Shown piece after piece: positions 62,607-64,000 of a stretch of DNA of 64,000 nt. The notes beneath the pieces are model-generated. The model searched no databases and had not been told where the DNA came from. It saw only the letters and a program-made list of their open reading frames with translations. This DNA is from a virus. The stretch's first letter is position 1. Every line of letters begins with the position of its first letter. A program made the position numbers and the translations under genes. The DNA lies in IMG/VR virus record IMGVR_UViG_3300029940_000031. One strand, 5' to 3'.

Positions 62607-63077
62607 TTATTTATTAATTGTAAACCAATCACTTACGCCGTAACCTATTGAATCATTGACATGTTTTATAACAGCAATATAGCTACCAGGAGTATATACA
62701 TCTGTAATTACAGTTGACCAAGTAGGGTTTTGGTAATTAGCATCAAATTGAGGATAAATTGTTCTATAGCGTACAGGTTTTTTTCCAGCTTCAACTTTAA
62801 AAATCTTCATAACAGCTCCTGAGTCATCTTTTATTGAGCTAAGAGAGTAATTTAAGATATCTCCAGTTCTATATGATTTTTTAACCATGTGTGCATTTGG
62901 AAATTTGGATAGATATTCAAAATTATTTGGTGATGAAAATCCCCAACTATCATTATATGGATCAGAATATGGTTCTTCATAAGCTGCTGCAGCTTGTGAA
63001 GTAGGTTTAATCATTTCTACTGCAGTAAATCCCCCAAATGTTAATACTCCAACTAATGCTAATTTTCCTAATTTCAT
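62607..63077 (-). CDS. Secreted protein, paralog 2
   Basis: Signal MKLGKLALVGVLTFGGFTAVEMIKPTSQAAAAY; C-terminal ...TPGSYIAVIKH...WFTINK parallels paralog 1. Confidence 0.7.
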   Translation of the reverse strand: MKLGKLALVGVLTFGGFTAVEMIKPTSQAAAAYEEPYSDPYNDSWGFSSPNNFEYLSKFPNAHMVKKSYRTGDILNYSLSSIKDDSGAVMKIFKVEAGKKPVRYRTIYPQFDANYQNPTWSTVITDVYTPGSYIAVIKHVNDSIGYGVSDWFTINK

Positions 63078-63180
63078 TAAAAATCCCCCTAAATATTTTA
63101 ATTTAAATAATTACAATATAATGATATACTATTATGTATATTTTTTCAAATAATTTCTAAAAAAAGTTATAAATTCAAAA

Positions 63181-63272
63181 AAAATACACCTTAAGGTGCC
63201 TCCCTCCGACTTGAATCACTTTAATTCTAAGAATATGTATTGGACTCCCATTCAAGTATTATTTTTCTCAAT
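63181..63272. repeat. Dispersed repeat, copy e7 (full length, diverged)
   Basis: AAAATACACC-TTA-AGGTGCCTCCCTCCGACTTGAATCACTTTAATTCTAAGAATATGTATTGGACTCCCATTCAAGTATTATTTTTCTC. Confidence 0.75.
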
Positions 63273-63353
63273 GAATAATTGGTATATTTTAGGGTGTTTT
63301 TTACTATTTTTATGTTAAGATATTTTGGTTGATATTCATCTTATTTTAGGAGG

Positions 63354-63659
63354 TTGGAAGATCTGTTACATGCTTTTCATATGGATTTTAGTTTCTATAC
63401 CGAAAGTATAAAAGTTTTAGGGTTATTAGGGAATTCTACTCGCTTATCAATTGTTTGTAAATTGATTACATATGGATCGTTGTCAGTTTCTGATTTAAGT
63501 AAGCAAACAAGAATTACAGAGGATTTGATTGTACAACATTTGCGTAAATTAGCCTCTGGAAATATTGTAATTAGTGAACGTATAGGGAAAAGGCTTTATT
63601 TCAAAATAAAAGATAATAAAACAATTGAGATTATTAAGGTATTAGGATTAATAAGTTAA
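63354..63659 (+). CDS. ArsR/SmtB-like winged-helix regulator
   Basis: LGNSTRLSIVCKLITYGSLSVSDLSKQTRITEDLIVQHLRKLASGNIV; start uncertain (TTG 63354 or ATG 63381). Confidence 0.6.
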   Translation: MEDLLHAFHMDFSFYTESIKVLGLLGNSTRLSIVCKLITYGSLSVSDLSKQTRITEDLIVQHLRKLASGNIVISERIGKRLYFKIKDNKTIEIIKVLGLIS

Positions 63660-63793
63660 TTTTAATTACTTTCAATATAAATGATTTTGCTATAACTCAA
63701 TTGTGCAAAATTATATTTAGCCCGCCTATGGAAATAGGTAGGTTTTTAATATACAAAAAGGCGCCCATATAAGGGTGCCTTTTCCAATAGTTT

Positions 63794-63904
63794 TTAGCAG
63801 AAACAACTGCATCCGATAATGATTAATAAAATAAACAATACAACTAATAAAGCGAAACCTCCAGCGAAACCGCAGCCTTCGCCACAACTACCACCATATC
63901 CCAT
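63794..63904 (-). CDS. Tiny Gly/Cys-rich TM protein (YjcZ-like, tiny_TM_bacill type)
   Basis: AAGGAGG RBS; MGYGGSCGEGCGFAGGFALLVVLFILLIIIGCSCFC; hairpin terminator GGCGCCC-loop-GGGTGCC downstream. Confidence 0.65.
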   Translation of the reverse strand: MGYGGSCGEGCGFAGGFALLVVLFILLIIIGCSCFC

Positions 63905-64000
63905 AACAATAGTGCCTCCTTTAGATTAGAGGGTAAAACTAGGGTTCATTCCATGGATTTTAATGGGTTCACTTTACCTTATGTTTTCAAGAATGAATTG

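Overview
Low-GC accessory DNA. Composition and protein families suggest the Bacillus cereus group, but this is an inference. About 8.8-43.3 kb is a complete siphovirus-type temperate phage. It carries an arbitrium-like aimR-aimP module and a divergent cI/cro-like switch with three GTT-N-GGGTAAC operators. Early genes include a Sak/Rad52-like SSAP, a replisome organizer with internal iterons, a DnaC-like loader, RecU and an ArpU-like late regulator. A moron zone follows, with a 0.85 kb ORF-poor segment, a Cys/Arg-rich peptide, a small serine recombinase with res-like repeats and paralogous tiny membrane proteins. The late genes run terS-terL-portal-head-tail-tape measure-Dit-Tal-holin-amidase. 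No integrase is visible. A ParA/centromere-binding locus with dense iterons (54.1-56.1 kb), an FtsK/SpoIIIE plus replication-relaxation pair and the resolvase instead suggest a phage-plasmid, or a phage fused to a plasmid. The flanks carry single-gene cassettes (FRG-domain, TM2, Excalibur lipoprotein, GNAT, Nudix, secreted paralogs, C92-type hydrolase), an LXG toxin/immunity pair and an SOS-boxed Y-family polymerase/YolD pair. They also hold decayed IS6-family ends bracketing a GIY-YIG/HEPN-like/XRE module, and several repeat families. All homology statements come from motifs read by eye; no search or folding program was run.
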